Shown: piece by piece, positions 34,196 through 47,700 of the stretch
How positions within the stretch are numbered: position 1 is the stretch's first letter
Layout of the letters: each line of letters opens with the position of its first letter
NCBI GenBank assembly: GCA_030704615.1
Contig: CM060734.1
Location: 10,354,001 to 10,418,000, forward strand
DNA: 64,000 nucleotides
Source of the DNA: Takakia lepidozioides
Lineage: Eukaryota > Plantae > Bryophyta
Direction: 5' to 3'
Program-made: the position numbers and the translations under genes
Notes under the pieces: model-generated
What the model was told of the DNA's origin: nothing
What the model saw: only the letters and a program-made list of their open reading frames with translations
The model's database searches: none

Positions 34196-37100
34196 CTCAT
34201 CCCGAATGGATGAAATCGTGGGAAATCACGTGGATGAAATCGCGGGAAATCGCGGGAAATCGCGCTTCATCTCTTCCCTGCCCTAACCCTCTGCACGACG
34301 ATCGTGCTTAAGGGATGGCTGGAGCTGAGAGGTGGTGGCGGGGGGCGCATGGAGCTCGATTCAAGCGCCCTTGAATGCCATGGAGCTGCGCCATTAAGAC
34401 ATTTAGGTGTTCTGGCAAGATTCAGTACCTTCTTCCCCTCTTGGGGTGCGCAATGGCGGCAGTACCTGCAATTTCCCTGTGGCGGTTGTCTCTGATGCTT
34501 GGCGGGCGATCTACCTGTGCTGCGGTTGCTTGCTGTGACCTTCATTGATCATTAAGATACAAGCGGCGATCTTAAGGCCTCGGGGAAGTGTCTGAACTCT
34601 TTAAGTTTGGGCGATTCACTTTCTTTGTGCATGCTTTGTACATTTTGTTGTGCATTCTTGTTTGCCGGTCTTGAGAGCTATGGCGCAGGCCTTGCTCTTA
34701 TTTTGTTCTTAAGCCTTCTATGATCATAAATGGCTTCTTTAAGACACAACAGACATTTCCAGCCATGAACAGTGATCAATGGATCTTTTATTTGGACATG
34801 GATACTTACTGCTCAGTCACTTTGGTATGTCCAATGATACAAAGAACCCAAAACTATACTTTTTTGGGCCAACAATAAATTAGGATGGTTGGTTATGCCT
34901 TGGTATGTAAGCTGACCAAAAAATACAGACTGAATGACATGGCATGTCATGAATGGCACTTTTTAGCATGCTGAACAATGGTTTCCTGCTATGAACAGTG
35001 GTAATTGAGTCTCTAATTTTTCCCACCCCCCCACCCAGACTTCATTGACTTTGAAGTCTGGGATTTGTCATAAAGCTGACTTGTGAATGAAGAATGGTTG
35101 ATAATGCCTTGTTATGAGGCTGATTTGTCGTTAATCTTACAGTGACCTTGTCAGGTCTTTGTCCATGTCTCGACAAGACATAAGTATCTTCCCTCTCTGA
35201 TTTAGATCAGTGTACTTGGTGGTTCTTGTACACATTATCAACCAATCTCCCTTCTGTTTTCAGTTTTATGTTTGATTTACTAACACCTTGGTCTGAGCAT
35301 GACAAAAGGTTATCAAATATGTTCCTGATTGAAGTGATGAACCCAAGGCAATGGGAAGGCCAAAGCCATGAGATATCAGCCTCCTCTCCCGCCATGACCA
35401 TGGTGTGGAGCAAGCAGTCCTTCATAAGGTAAGATCTTCTCCAGCAAAAATATGTTGGCTAATTGGCATGGAGAGTAAGGCATCCTTGAAGGTACCTGAG
35501 ATAGCATAGAACATCTATAGGGCTTCTGAATGCTGAAGTTTTGAGCTAGGCCTTGGTAAGACAACCTGCTGGAGTAGACGTGTACACCTATACATGATCC
35601 GGTCAGTGCACATTACTCTTGTTTGCCGGTCCCCTGTAGCCGATGCCTTATGTCAGATTTAGATACCTTATGATACGAATGAGTTCCTTTTCTTTGGCTC
35701 AAATGTTTCTATGTTTCTCCTGGTTATGGCTTTGCTCTTTATAGCACATAAGAAATACCCAATTCTGATATGCTGCTGGTAGATGTTTTGTCTGAATACC
35801 AGGTGGTAAACCCCTGCCAGACTTCATTACCTAAGTCCCAATACCTGCCCCCTTTGGTTTTGTACACATGTTTTACCCAAAACAAGGGGTGGATAAACAC
35901 TAAAAGTCCGATATAAGATTCTTTCCTGATTGTTACTTTATGACCTTGGGAATTGAGGGTTCTTTCACTGGCCTCTTCTTCCGGTCACCAGAGCTTATAT
36001 ATAAACTAAAAGGTAAGACTCTACATTTTGATGTATGTGTTGATGTACCTTCGTTTGTCACAACTTGCCAACTTGGAACATGCCAATGGCAGAAAATTCA
36101 TTACCTAAACCTACACCCCATTGGTTTTGTACACATGTGGTACCCAAAATATGGGCTAGGTAAACACTAAAGGGTTGATAAAAGTTTCTTTCATGTTTGT
36201 TGCTTCATGAATTTTGGAGTTAAGGTCCCTTCATTGGCCCCATCTTTCCATTATCAGAGCTTATGTGTAGCTAAAAGGTAAAACTCTACATTTTGATGTA
36301 AGTGTTGATGTACCTTTGCTTGTCACGGCTTGTTTTTTTGTTGACCTTGGAGAGTTGAGATTGTAGGCATGTTTATTTCTATGGTTCCTTTGTGACGAGA
36401 AGTAAAAGCTACAAAGAAGAGGGAGGTCATTTATGTGATGGGGTCTGGTATGCACTCCCTTACGGGGTGAGTGCATACCACACTCACTCCATAAGGAGCT
36501 GCCATACCAGGGGATGGTGGGTGGGTTCCCTCTCTCTCCATCTCTCTCCCTCCCTCCATGGATCTGGCTGGTTCTCTTAAAACTTGATAGTTTAAGACCA
36601 GTGGTATGTTACCTGACCCCTAATTAACCTTCTTGGAATTTGGTTAATTTCGGTTATTTACAGTACCCGGATTTTTGGTATAAGGTCAGGATCCTAATGG
36701 AGCCATCCCATTATTTATTTTTTTCATCCATAAATGGATGTCATCCTCAGAGGATGACACGGATGAAAAATTGAGAGACAATTTCATCCAACGCGGATGA
36801 AATCACGATAGATTTCATCCTGCGCGGTAGAGTTCATCCCGTGTGATGGATTTCATCCGAATGGATGAAATCGTGGGAAATCACGTGGATGAAATCGCGG
36901 GAAATCGCGCTTCATCTCTCTCCCTGCCCTAACCCTCTGCACGACGATCGTGCTTAAGGGATGGCTGGAGCTGAGAGGTGGTGGCGGGGGGGCGCATGGA
37001 GCTCGATTCAAGCGCCCTTGAATGCCATGGAGCTGCGCCATTAAGACATTTAGGTGTTCTGGCAAGATTCAGTACCTTCTTCCCCTCTTGGGGTGCGCAA

Positions 37101-39494
37101 TGGCGGCAGTACCTGCAATTTCCCTGTGGCGGTTGTCTCTGATGCTTGGCGGGCGATCTACCTGTGCTGCGGTTGCTTGCTGTGACCTTCATTGATCATT
37201 AAGATACAAGCGGCGATCTTAAGGCCTCGGGAAGTGTCTGAACTCTTTAAGTTTGGGCGATTCACTTTCTTTGTGCATGCTTTGTACATTTTGTTGTGCA
37301 TTCTTGTTTGCCGGTCTTGAGAGCTATGGCGCAGGCCTTGCTCTTATTTTGTTCTTAAGCCTTCTATGATCATAAATGGCTTCTTTAAGACAAACAGACA
37401 TTTCCAGCCATGAACAGTGATCGATGGATCTTTATTTGGACATGGATACTTACTGCTCAGTCACTTTGGTATGTCCAATGATACAAAGAACCCAAAACTA
37501 TACTAGTTTTTGGGCCAACAATAAATTAGGATGGTTGGTTATGCCTTGGTATGTAAGCTGACCAAAAATACAGACTGAATGACATGGCATGTCATGAATG
37601 GCACTTTTTAGCATGCTGAACAATGGTTTCCTGCTATGAACAGTGGTAATTGAGTCTCTAATTTTTCCCACCCCCCCCCACCCAGAGACTTCATTGACTT
37701 TGAAGTCTGGGATTTGTCATAAAGCTGACTTGTGAATGAAGAATGGTTTGATAATGCCTTGTTATGAGGCTGATTTGTCGTTAATCTTACAGTGACCTTG
37801 TCAGGTCTTTGTCCATGTCTCGACAAGACATAAGTATCTTCCCTCTCTGATTTAGATCAGTGTACTTGGTGGTTCTTGTACACATTATCAACCAATCTCC
37901 CTTCTGTTTTCAGTTTTATGTTTGATTTACTAACACCTTGGTCTGAGCATGACAAAAGGTTATCAAATATGTTCCTGATTGAAGTGATGAACCCAAGGCA
38001 ATGGGAAGGCCAAAGCCATGAGATATCAGCCTCCTCTCCCGCCATGACCATGGTGTGGAGCAAGCAAGTCCTTCATAAGGTAAGATCTTCTCCAGCAATA
38101 TGTTGGCTAATTGGGCATGGAGAGTAAGGCATCCTTGAAGGTACCTGAGATAAGCATAGAACATCTATAGGGGCTTCTGAATGCTGAAGTTTTGAGCTAG
38201 GCCTTGGTAAGACAACCTGCTGGAGTAGACGTGTACACCTTATACATGATCCGGTCAGTGCACATTACTCTTGTTTGCCGGTCCCCTGTAGCCGATGCCT
38301 TATGTCAGATTTAGATACCTTATGATACGAATGAGTTCCTTTTCTTTGGCTCAAATGTTTCTATGTTTCTCCTGGTTATGGCTTTGCTCTTTATAGCACC
38401 ATAAGAAATACCCAATTCTGATATGCTGCTGGTAGATGTTTTGTCTGAATACCAGGTGGTAAACCCCTGCCAGACTTCATTACCTAAGTCCCAATTACCT
38501 GCCCCCTTTGGTTTTTGTCACATGTTTTACCCAAAACAAGGGTGGATACACTAAAAGTCCGATATAGATTCTTTCCTGATTTTACTTTATGACCTTGGGA
38601 ATTGAGGGTTCTTTCACTGGCCCTCTTCTTCGGTCACCAGAGCTTATATATAAACTAAAAGTAAAGAACTCTACATTTTGATGTATGTGTTTGATTGTAC
38701 CTTCGTTTGTCACAACTTGCCAACTTGGAACATGCCAATGGCAGAAAATCATTACCTAAACCTACACCCCATTGGTTTTGTACACATGTGGTACCCAAAA
38801 TATGGGGCTAGGTAAACACTAAAGGGTTGATAAAAGTTTTCTTTCATGTTTGTTGCTTGTCATGAATTTTGGAGTTAAGGTCCCTTCATTGGCCCCATCT
38901 TTCCATTATCAGAGCTTATGTGTAGCTAAAAGGTAAAACTCTATATTTGATGTAAGTGTTGATGTACCTTTGCTTGTCACGGCTTGTTTTGTTTGTTGAC
39001 CTTGGAGAGTTGAGATTGTAGGCATGTTTATTTCTATGGTTCCTTTGTAACGAGAAGTAAAAGCTACAAAGAATTGGGAGGTCATTTATGTGATGGGGTC
39101 TGGTATGCACTCCCTTACGGGGTGAGTGCATACCACACTCACTCCATAAGGAGCTGCCATACCAGGGGATGGTTGGTGGGTTCCCTCTCTCTCCATCTCT
39201 CTCCCTCCCTCCATGGATCTGGCTGGTTCTCTTAAAACTTGATAGTTTAAGACCAGTGGTATGTTACCTGACCCCTAATTAACCTTCTTGGAATTTGGTT
39301 AATTTCGATTATTTACAGTACCCGGATTTTTGGTATAAGGTCAGGATCCTAATGGAGCCATCCCATTTTATTTTTTTTTTCATCCATAAATGGATGTCAT
39401 CCTCAGAGGATGACACGGATGAAAAATTGAGAGACAATTTCATCCAACGCGGATGAAATCACGATAGATTTCATCCTGCGCGGTAGAGTTCATC
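34196..39494. repeat. Tandem duplication of a ~2.65-kb unit (34196-36852, 36853-39494) with TCATCC/GGATGA-rich junctions
   Basis: The units are nearly identical and differ mostly by 1-bp indels. Confidence 0.95.
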
Positions 39495-40189
39495 TGTCGT
39501 GCGCATACATATCGCTACACAACTACATCGTTGTCCAAAACCACACAACACATGTGCACACCACACACTAGTATACCACTAGTCCACCACTAGTCCAGCC
39601 ACTAGTCCAACCACTAGGCTACAACTAGTCAGTCACTATGCTGCCCACTATGCTGCCCACTATGGCAGTCACTAGTTCACACACAATGATAAGAAGAAGA
39701 ATACAAGCACGAGCTCACAAATCTGAAGCATAAACTCATGCATATATAACCTCATCACTCAAATACAAGTCAAGCCAAGTGCACCCCACGCCATGGGGAA
39801 TCCACACTACGGCGCCATAGCTAGGCGCGGTGAGGCTCAACTCGAGAAAGATGAGCCTCCCGCGCTTGCCGTGAAGATAACCACTCCAGGGCCTAAATCT
39901 GCCTTGACCCCTGGATTGACACTTGGGCCAATCCCAAATATCAATATGTAAAGCTAGCTATTTCCTAGCTAGTTTCACACTAGGTGTAAAATAACTTGAC
40001 AGCTGTCGTGCGCATACATATCGCTACAACTACATCGCTGTCCAAAACCACACAACACATGTGCACACCACACACTAGTATACCACTAGTCCACCACTAG
40101 TCCAGCCACTAGTCCAACCACTAGGCTACAACTAGTCAGTCACTAGGCTGCCATTATGCTGCCCAATATAGCAGTCACTAGTTCACACA
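39495..40189 (-). repeat. 3' terminal B1 (40189-40004) / A2 (40001-39687) / B2 (39685-39495) repeat cluster
   Basis: B1 and B2 are ~190-bp direct repeats and A2 matches 29814-30093. The B1-A2 junction is the palindrome GACA-GC-TGTC. AGGGGGGCGA precedes B1. Confidence 0.9.
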
Positions 40190-43100
40190 ATCGCCCCCCT
40201 AGCTGGTGGTTAGGTCCCTCTAAGTCCCAGGTAGCCACAAGATGTGATAGTGACCATAGCCTCACTAAGTCCTCCACCACTATCCCTACTACACTCAAAC
40301 TCGATAGATCAAGAGGCTGGGTGCAAGAGTTGCCCCATCGTTAGTCGCCGTCTTGCAACCTGTGAACTTGAGCTTGGGATCTCATGTATTGACTCCTATG
40401 AGCTTGGCCTCCCCATGTCTTGTTAGTTGCCTCCAGTCATGTCCACTGCCACTATCCCAATCAGTGTGGACACAACCAATCTCCGTCAGGAACCTTCTCA
40501 AGAGGTGGTGTCAAGCATCCCATATGCCAACCCCTTGAGCATCGATCACACACCAGCATGGTGGCTGCCCCTTTGGCAGACCCACAGAGCATGCACCTCA
40601 AACCTGCAGGTACCACTGCCAAGTTTGGGTCAACTCTGCCATCGACATTGGGAAGGTGACATGGCGCACAATTACGCACATGGTCCTTCCAAGTCTTGCC
40701 ATCCCGACCCTCTAAGATCAGGACCCCTGAGGGCAACACCTCTCGAACCCTCAGAATAACACGCCCTGCAGTAACATCCAGAGTCGTAGGAGCAGTCTGC
40801 TGCAAATAAACATAGTCACCAGGCTAAACCTCCGAACCCCAGGACGATATCCTCCACCACGTATAGTGGCACCTCAACGTATCACGATGTTGTGCAATGG
40901 CAAGGTTCTCAAAAGCCATGGGCATGACTTTCTTGAACAACTCTGCACGCTGATCACATGCACGTACCCACACGTCTGGATCGTCAAGGTTAAGGACTTG
41001 AGCAGTGTCCCTACGAATGGTTGCAGGCAAATCCGGCTCTCGGCCAAAGAGAATGAAATATGGTGAGAAGGAGGCAAGTGATGCTTGTTTGCTGAACCTG
41101 TAGCCCATGGCTAACCAAGGAACCTGAAGATCCCAATCTCCTAGGTGTCCCTTCTGCAAGCCATACTTGCGCAAACCCCTCTTCACCGTCTGAACAACTC
41201 TCTCTGCCAAGCCATCGGCCTCAGGATGATCCCGAGAAGTGGTGCGGTGGTCTATCAAGGCTTTATCACACAAAGCCTGAAACTCCCCCAAGAACTCTCT
41301 CCCTTGGTCCGTGAGTACCTTAGCTGGAGCACCAAATCGGCTAAGCACACGATCCAAGAATGCATACGCAGCCCCCTCACTAGCCTTGTCAGGCAATGGA
41401 ACCAACTCAATCCACTTGGAGAAGTGCTCCACCATCACCAACACATATCTGTGGTGGCGCATAGTCAGTGGCAACGGTCCTGCGAAGTCAAGACTCCACC
41501 TGTAGCCCAATCCCATGATTGGTAGAGGATGCAACTGTGGTGTAGGGCGTTGAATGAAGCACGCACCCTGTCACACACCATGCACCTAGCCACGAACTGT
41601 TGCACCTCTGTATGCATACCACGCCACCAATACTGCCCCTGCAGTAAACTGTGAGTGCGTCGCACTCCAAAATGCCCCAATTCATCATGGGCATGCCGCA
41701 CTAACCGTGCACGCTGTGTGGGGTGAGGCACAATCCTCACCCGACCATCCTCCCACACTCGAAGTAGGTGTATCCCCTCCTACTTGAACCTCTTGGCTCG
41801 TTGCAAGATCCGATCCCTCTCCCTGGCAGTTACAGTGGCTGCCGTGTCTCCCGTGCGGAGGTAGTCCAACACAGCCGAATCCTCATGTATCTCTGGCACC
41901 ACCTGGCTCATCACTAGCCTCAGGGTCCTTAGACACTCCGTCTACAGTCATCCCTCTTGTAGGTCCAACCTGACCTCTCGATGCCAAGATACACAAAAAT
42001 ACAGATGCGTGCCATCCCGGCACCATCTCCTCGTCCATCTCACCATGCCACCGAGCTCCTTTGTTATCCTGCTGGCTCATGCATGGATTGCGACTCAATC
42101 CATCCGCATCCCGATTGACCAAACCCGGTCGATGCACAACTTGAAAGTCATACTCCTGGAGTATGAGTGCCCACCGTGCAAGCTTCCCCGTAAGCTTGTC
42201 TGACTCCATCAACCACTTGAGTGGCTGGTGATCCGTGACAAGGGTGAAAAGATTGTCGTATAGATAGCACCTGAAGTGTGCCACGGCCCACATTGCAGCT
42301 AAGCACTCTCCCTCATATGAGCTGTACTTAGCCTCTGCAGCGTTGTTCGAGCGGCTAGTATAAGCCACTACGAACTCTCTTCCCTCATCATCCACCTGTG
42401 TGAGCACCGCTCCAAGCCCCAGCATGCTCCAATCCGTATGCAGCTGAAAGGGACGCCCCCTGATAGGTCGTCTCAGGATAGGCGCCGAGGTCAACCTCGC
42501 CTTGAGCTCTTGAAAAGCTTGTTCCTACTCATCTTCCCACACTCCTGGTCCATCTTGGTCAGCTTGGTTAGAGCCTTTGCAATGGTACTAAATCCCTTGA
42601 CAAACCGTCTATAATAGTTTGCCAACCCCATGAAAGCTCGAACTCGGCTCACATCCGTGGGGCATGGAATTTGTGCAATGGCCTCTACCTTAGTCTGCTG
42701 TACCCCCAATCCTCCAGGATATATCATGTGACCCAGATACTCAATCTGGTTGTGGAAAAACTTGCACTTCCCGGATGCAACTTCAATCCGTGCGCTCTCA
42801 AGCGCTCCAATACCACCTGAAGGTGTCTCTCATGCTCCTCCATCGTAACACTAAAGATGATGATGTCATCTATGTAGCACCGAGCAAAGTCCACCCCTGC
42901 TAGAATCCTATCCATGACTCTCTGAAACTCTCTGCAAGAGCATTCTTAAGCCCAAATGGTAAGAACCGCCACTGATATAGGCAATCCTTGCCGTGCTCAT
43001 TGATCCCCCAGAATGCCGTCTTCTGCTTGTCCGCCTCCTTGATTGGCAACTGGTGATATCCAGATCGTAAATCCAAAGTGCTAAAGGCCTTAGCATGCCC

Positions 43101-44378
43101 GATGGCATCAAAGATCTCCTCTTGTGTTGGCATGACATACTTATCGGACTTGGTCTGACGATTTACAGGCCGGTAATCACCGCACATACGTCTCTCCGTC
43201 CAATTGCCATAGACATCCTTCTTGGCTGGCATCACTGTGGCTGAAGCATACTCTCCACCAGAGAGCTCCACCAAACCTGCCTCCCAGAGATCTTGAGTCC
43301 TCATCTGAATCAAAGACCTCTCCATGTCACTGTATCTATAGGGTCTCCGAAAGATTGGCGTGTCAGTGGCCAACTCAATACGGATCTCTTGACCCTTCAG
43401 TGCTCCCAAGTCCTTCAAACTGAAGGCAAAGCAATTCTTGTAAGCCCTCAGGAACCGCCATATACGTCATCTCTCTCCTCCGGTGACAATGGGTCCAATG
43501 TCAGGCTCCCAATTGTCCTCCGTAACTACAACCTTAAGTCCAGTGGGCTTAGAGGTAGAGGACGCGTCCCGTGGTTGCTATGCTGCAACCTCTTGAGCAG
43601 TACTCCCTGCCTGCTCAATCAATGACAAGGCCTCATCCTGCCCAATCATCTCATCCTTGAGGACCTCCTCAACCCGAGAAGAAACCCCAACCTCATCATC
43701 ACAGCCGCCTTGGCTGCCAACTCCCTCTGAACCTCGAGCACCTCCCACATGTGCCATGGATGCATGCACCCCGTGGTCCTCACATGCTCGCCCCCACTCA
43801 CTGCCTGTACCGTCTCGGTAGGCAGATAGACCATTAAGGGAAGTGTACTCCGCACTCTGCGTTGCTCAGCCAGAGCCAAGCTGATAATCCAGGTCAAGCA
43901 ATTGAGATCCATTGCTTGCCCCAACACTTGACGACGTGATGCCTCAGAAAGAGACGACACCGCCGTGGTACCAGTGGTAAAACCCATTGCCCGCTCACGC
44001 TCGTCAGCATTAGGCTCCACTAACTGCTGCAACTGAGCATCCCACAGGAGGCCAGGTCCACTATCCCGGAAAGCATGCGATCCTGGGAAGCTGAGCAGTT
44101 TAGGTAATGCTGCTCGTGGTTGACCCACCTTGTTGACCACTGCCAAAGGCGAACGGTCATCGTGTCTCACACGCTGAGACTGCCTCCCTGTGTCCAGAAT
44201 GTTATCCACTGTGAGATGTGCTGGCCGCTGCACCCCATCAAATGCACGCTTGAGCAGTGCGGGTGGCATCAAGTTAGTCCACCATAGCCATGGACGATGA
44301 GCCCGTGACCCCACTGTAGCTGCATCTAGCAACACTGCTGACCCAAGCCACGATCGGACTTGATGCACACTGGCCTTT
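39495..44378 (-). mobile_element. DNMT-gypsy copy, 3' half: DNMT C-terminus, RT, RNase H, DDE integrase, PHD finger, purine tract, B1-A2-B2 repeats
   Basis: GSRAHRPWLWWTNL and VLGQAMD (44378-43850). RT: [15 protein letters not shown]: HTDWS, TDHQPL. INT: H..H..C..C, DFAG, TDQG, DGLAER. PHD: CMLC..CDRC..H..C..WLCPH*. Frameshifted. Confidence 0.92.
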
Positions 44379-44783
44379 ACTTGGAGTTTTCCAAATCCCC
44401 CTTGTGCCGACACAAGGTTGATTTTAGTTCTCCGAATCAACCTCGTGTTGACACGACATTCATATGAAGTTCTCCGAATCAACCTCGTGTTGACACGATG
44501 TTGATTTTAGTTCCAGGAAAACAACCTCGTGTTAACACAAAGTTCATTTCAGTTCTAGGAAATGAAGCTCCTGTTAACAGAAGGTTGAACTCCAGGAAAG
44601 CCCGAAACCCTTCATCCGTTTCACCTTCATGTGGTGATATCAGCAGTTGGGCCCCACGGTTATAGGCCCACCTTCTTTGTGGTGACGTGGCATGACCTGG
44701 ACCAGGCTCACACCACGTCAGCTGCATGAGCGTAGGCTCACGCCACGTCATCGTTGTGTGAGCCTACGCTCACACGCTCACGC
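44379..44783 (+). mobile_element. Right-end fragment of a related MULE, with short internal tandem repeats
   Basis: gctcacgccacgtca...gtgagcctacgctcacacgctcacgc matches 22566-22613. ttctccgaatcaacctcgtgttgacacga is repeated at ~44428 and ~44470. Confidence 0.7.
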
Positions 44784-44789
44784 GGTAGC

Positions 44790-47700
44790 GTCGTTGCAAT
44801 GCCAACAGTATCAAATGCGGCTCCATCTGCACCAGGACCTTCGCATTCTTTTGGACCATCCAATCCAACTCGCCCTGTTAATTGGCTTAAGGTGCAGGAT
44901 TGCTTCGAAGATCAGAGTTGTCTGGCAAGTCCATCATTACTTGATAATGCGACAATGAAGACTAAATTAAAAGGGAAGTCCAAAATGGAAGATGAGGAGG
45001 ATGACTTCTGGACAATCAGTTTCTTGATATGTTTCATCCGGTATGGAACCCCCAATAGTAAAGGCGGTAACAACAAGACAACGTAAGTTGCTCCCTATGG
45101 AACCTATTGTGGAGGAGACTACTCCTAAGGCGGCCGATAGCACTCCAATATCGTTGCCGGTTATGTCCGATATTCATCCGATACTTCCAGCGATATCACC
45201 AAGTCTGGTTGTTCATCCATCCACATCTATTGTTGAGTCTATTGAGCATGAACCCCCGATAGTGGTTGCTGAACATACCCCAATTCCGGAGCCAGCTAAG
45301 GGAAGAGATAGAGGGAAGTATACTGGTCCGATATCGGGAGGAATGAAGCCAGGCCATATTCAAACCTCACGCATGAAGCGGGTGATGGCATTGGCTAAAG
45401 GGTTAGTGCACTATGATATCTTGAAAGATATAGATTCTCTGCAACCCATGATATCTTTAAAGCAAATATTGGCGATTGCGCCTCAGTGTCGATCTACATT
45501 GCAGTCTTCATTGATTAAGAGACAGCCGAAGCATATGGCAGTCAATGAAGTTGCTTTAAGTCTGAACCCTGACCCTGGTACTCATGAGGTTGATGTGACG
45601 ATTGATGGTGTTGTTGTCACGGGTGCACAGATTGATGGTGGGTCCAACGTCAACCTTATGAGCTCGGACACCATGGAAGAACTTGGACTAGGTCCTCTGC
45701 ACTCTACCCGATTGATTTTAAGAATGGTTGACCAGAGCCGGGTTAAACCAGTGGGTGTCTTGGTTGCTGTTCCCTTGACTATCGTAAGCTTAGAGTATCC
45801 TATTGACTATATTATCTTTCGGTTGAATGTCTTGGCCTATTCTTACCCTATTTTGCTGGGACGTCCATGGGTATACCAAGCCAAGGCTAAAAATGATTGG
45901 GGAAAAGGGACCTTGACTTTGGGAAAAGGATCAAACAATACTACTTTGCAGATGTATTCTGTGGCATACCATGGCAAGACATAGGAGGTGGAGTCTGAGT
46001 TTACTTCTGAAGCAGAGGGTTGGACCAGTGAGGCAGATACTGATACACCAATACTCCCTTTATCGCCTAAGCATAGACGCAGTCGACGGATATTCCATTG
46101 TGGCAGGACCTGGTGAGTATCCATGGCCCGGTGATTTGGATGACGGCTCTGACGATGCCATATTGTGATGACAAGGCGCTCGCCCTTCTTTTATGGTGCA
46201 GCATGAATCAGAATGGGAGTCAGTAGCTATATCGGAAGATATTGAATGGCATAATTCTGCTGACGATAGTCGTGCACCATTGATAAAGAAAGATCCATAC
46301 CAATCCATGAATATTGGCACTTTAGATGAACCGAATGAGATAATTATTTCTTCGGAGATTCCTACAAATGAATTGTCTATGTGGAAGGAGTTATTCAAGC
46401 GCAATCGAACAACCTTTGCTTGGAATTATACGGATATCCGTGGTGTTCCACCAGAGATTTGTCAACATCGTATTGTCCTAGAGGAGGGGGCAATTCCGGT
46501 ACGACAACGCTAACATCGATTGAATCCTAAATACTCTTTATTGGTGAAGGAAGAGTTGGACAAGTTGCTAGCAGCCGATTTCATTTATCATGTTCCACAT
46601 AGTGATTGGGTATCGCCGATAGTGGTTGTCCCAAAGAAGCAATCGGGCAAGGTGTGGATCTGCAAGGACTTTCAGAAGCTTAATGCAGTTACCAGGAAAG
46701 ACTATTTTCCATTGCCTTTCACCGACTATATCTTGGATGCAGTTGCTGGGCATGAATGCTATTCCTTTCTTGATGGCTTTTCAAGTTATAACCAGATCAC
46801 GATTGTAGAAGAAGATCGTCCTTAGACCACCTTTGCCAATGATTGAGGCACTTATGCCTATAAAGTTATGCCATTTGGGCTTTCTAATGCCCCTGCCACT
46901 TTCCAACAGGTGATGACTGCAGCTTTTCAAGACTATCTGCGATTGTTCATGGAGATCTTCCTTGATGATTTTTGTGTTTATAGTGATAAAGCAACTCATG
47001 CAGAGATGTTGGAATTATGCTTCCAAAAATGTCAGGAGTATGGAATCTCTCTGAATGTAGGCAAATGCCAATTCTTGCTTACAAAGGGCAAGTTATTAGG
47101 CCATATCGTCTCTATTCGCGGCATATCGACTGATCTTGAAATTGTTATCCAATTACCTACTCCCACTACAGTAATGGAGATACGGGCCTTTCTGGGGCAT
47201 GTTGGTTACTATCGTCGGTTTATTCGCCGATATGCGTACAGTGCCATGAATCCATTCCCTGCTTTCAGATGAAGATGTCATGTCCTCCATGTGTAGATCA
47301 GAGGCCTGCTTTACCTTTAACACACTTATTAAAGCACGATGCAGAGCCGCAGTGGACGTGAGAGTGTCAATGCTCTTTTAATGAATTGATGGGCCGATTA
47401 ATAAACGCACCTATCTTGATATATCCTGACTGGAATAAGGAATTTCAAGTTTATGTTGATGCCTCAAATTATGCAATTGGTCAGAACGATGAAAAGTCTT
47501 TTGATCATCCAATTTATTTTGCTAGTCGTCAATTGGCTGTTGCGGAAATAAATTATACTACCATTGAACGGGAAGGATTGGGCATGATTTATTCAGTTCA
47601 AAAGTATCGACATTATTTACTGGGCTATCCATTTGTTTTTCATGTTGATCATGACGCATTAAAATATCTTATTATACAAACCTCAATTGAGCGGAAGAGC

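Noticed and set aside
39495-44378. DIRS/Ngaro tyrosine-recombinase element
   Set aside because: The split repeats suggest it, but the element encodes a gypsy-type RT/RH and an HHCC-DDE integrase, with no YR motif seen.
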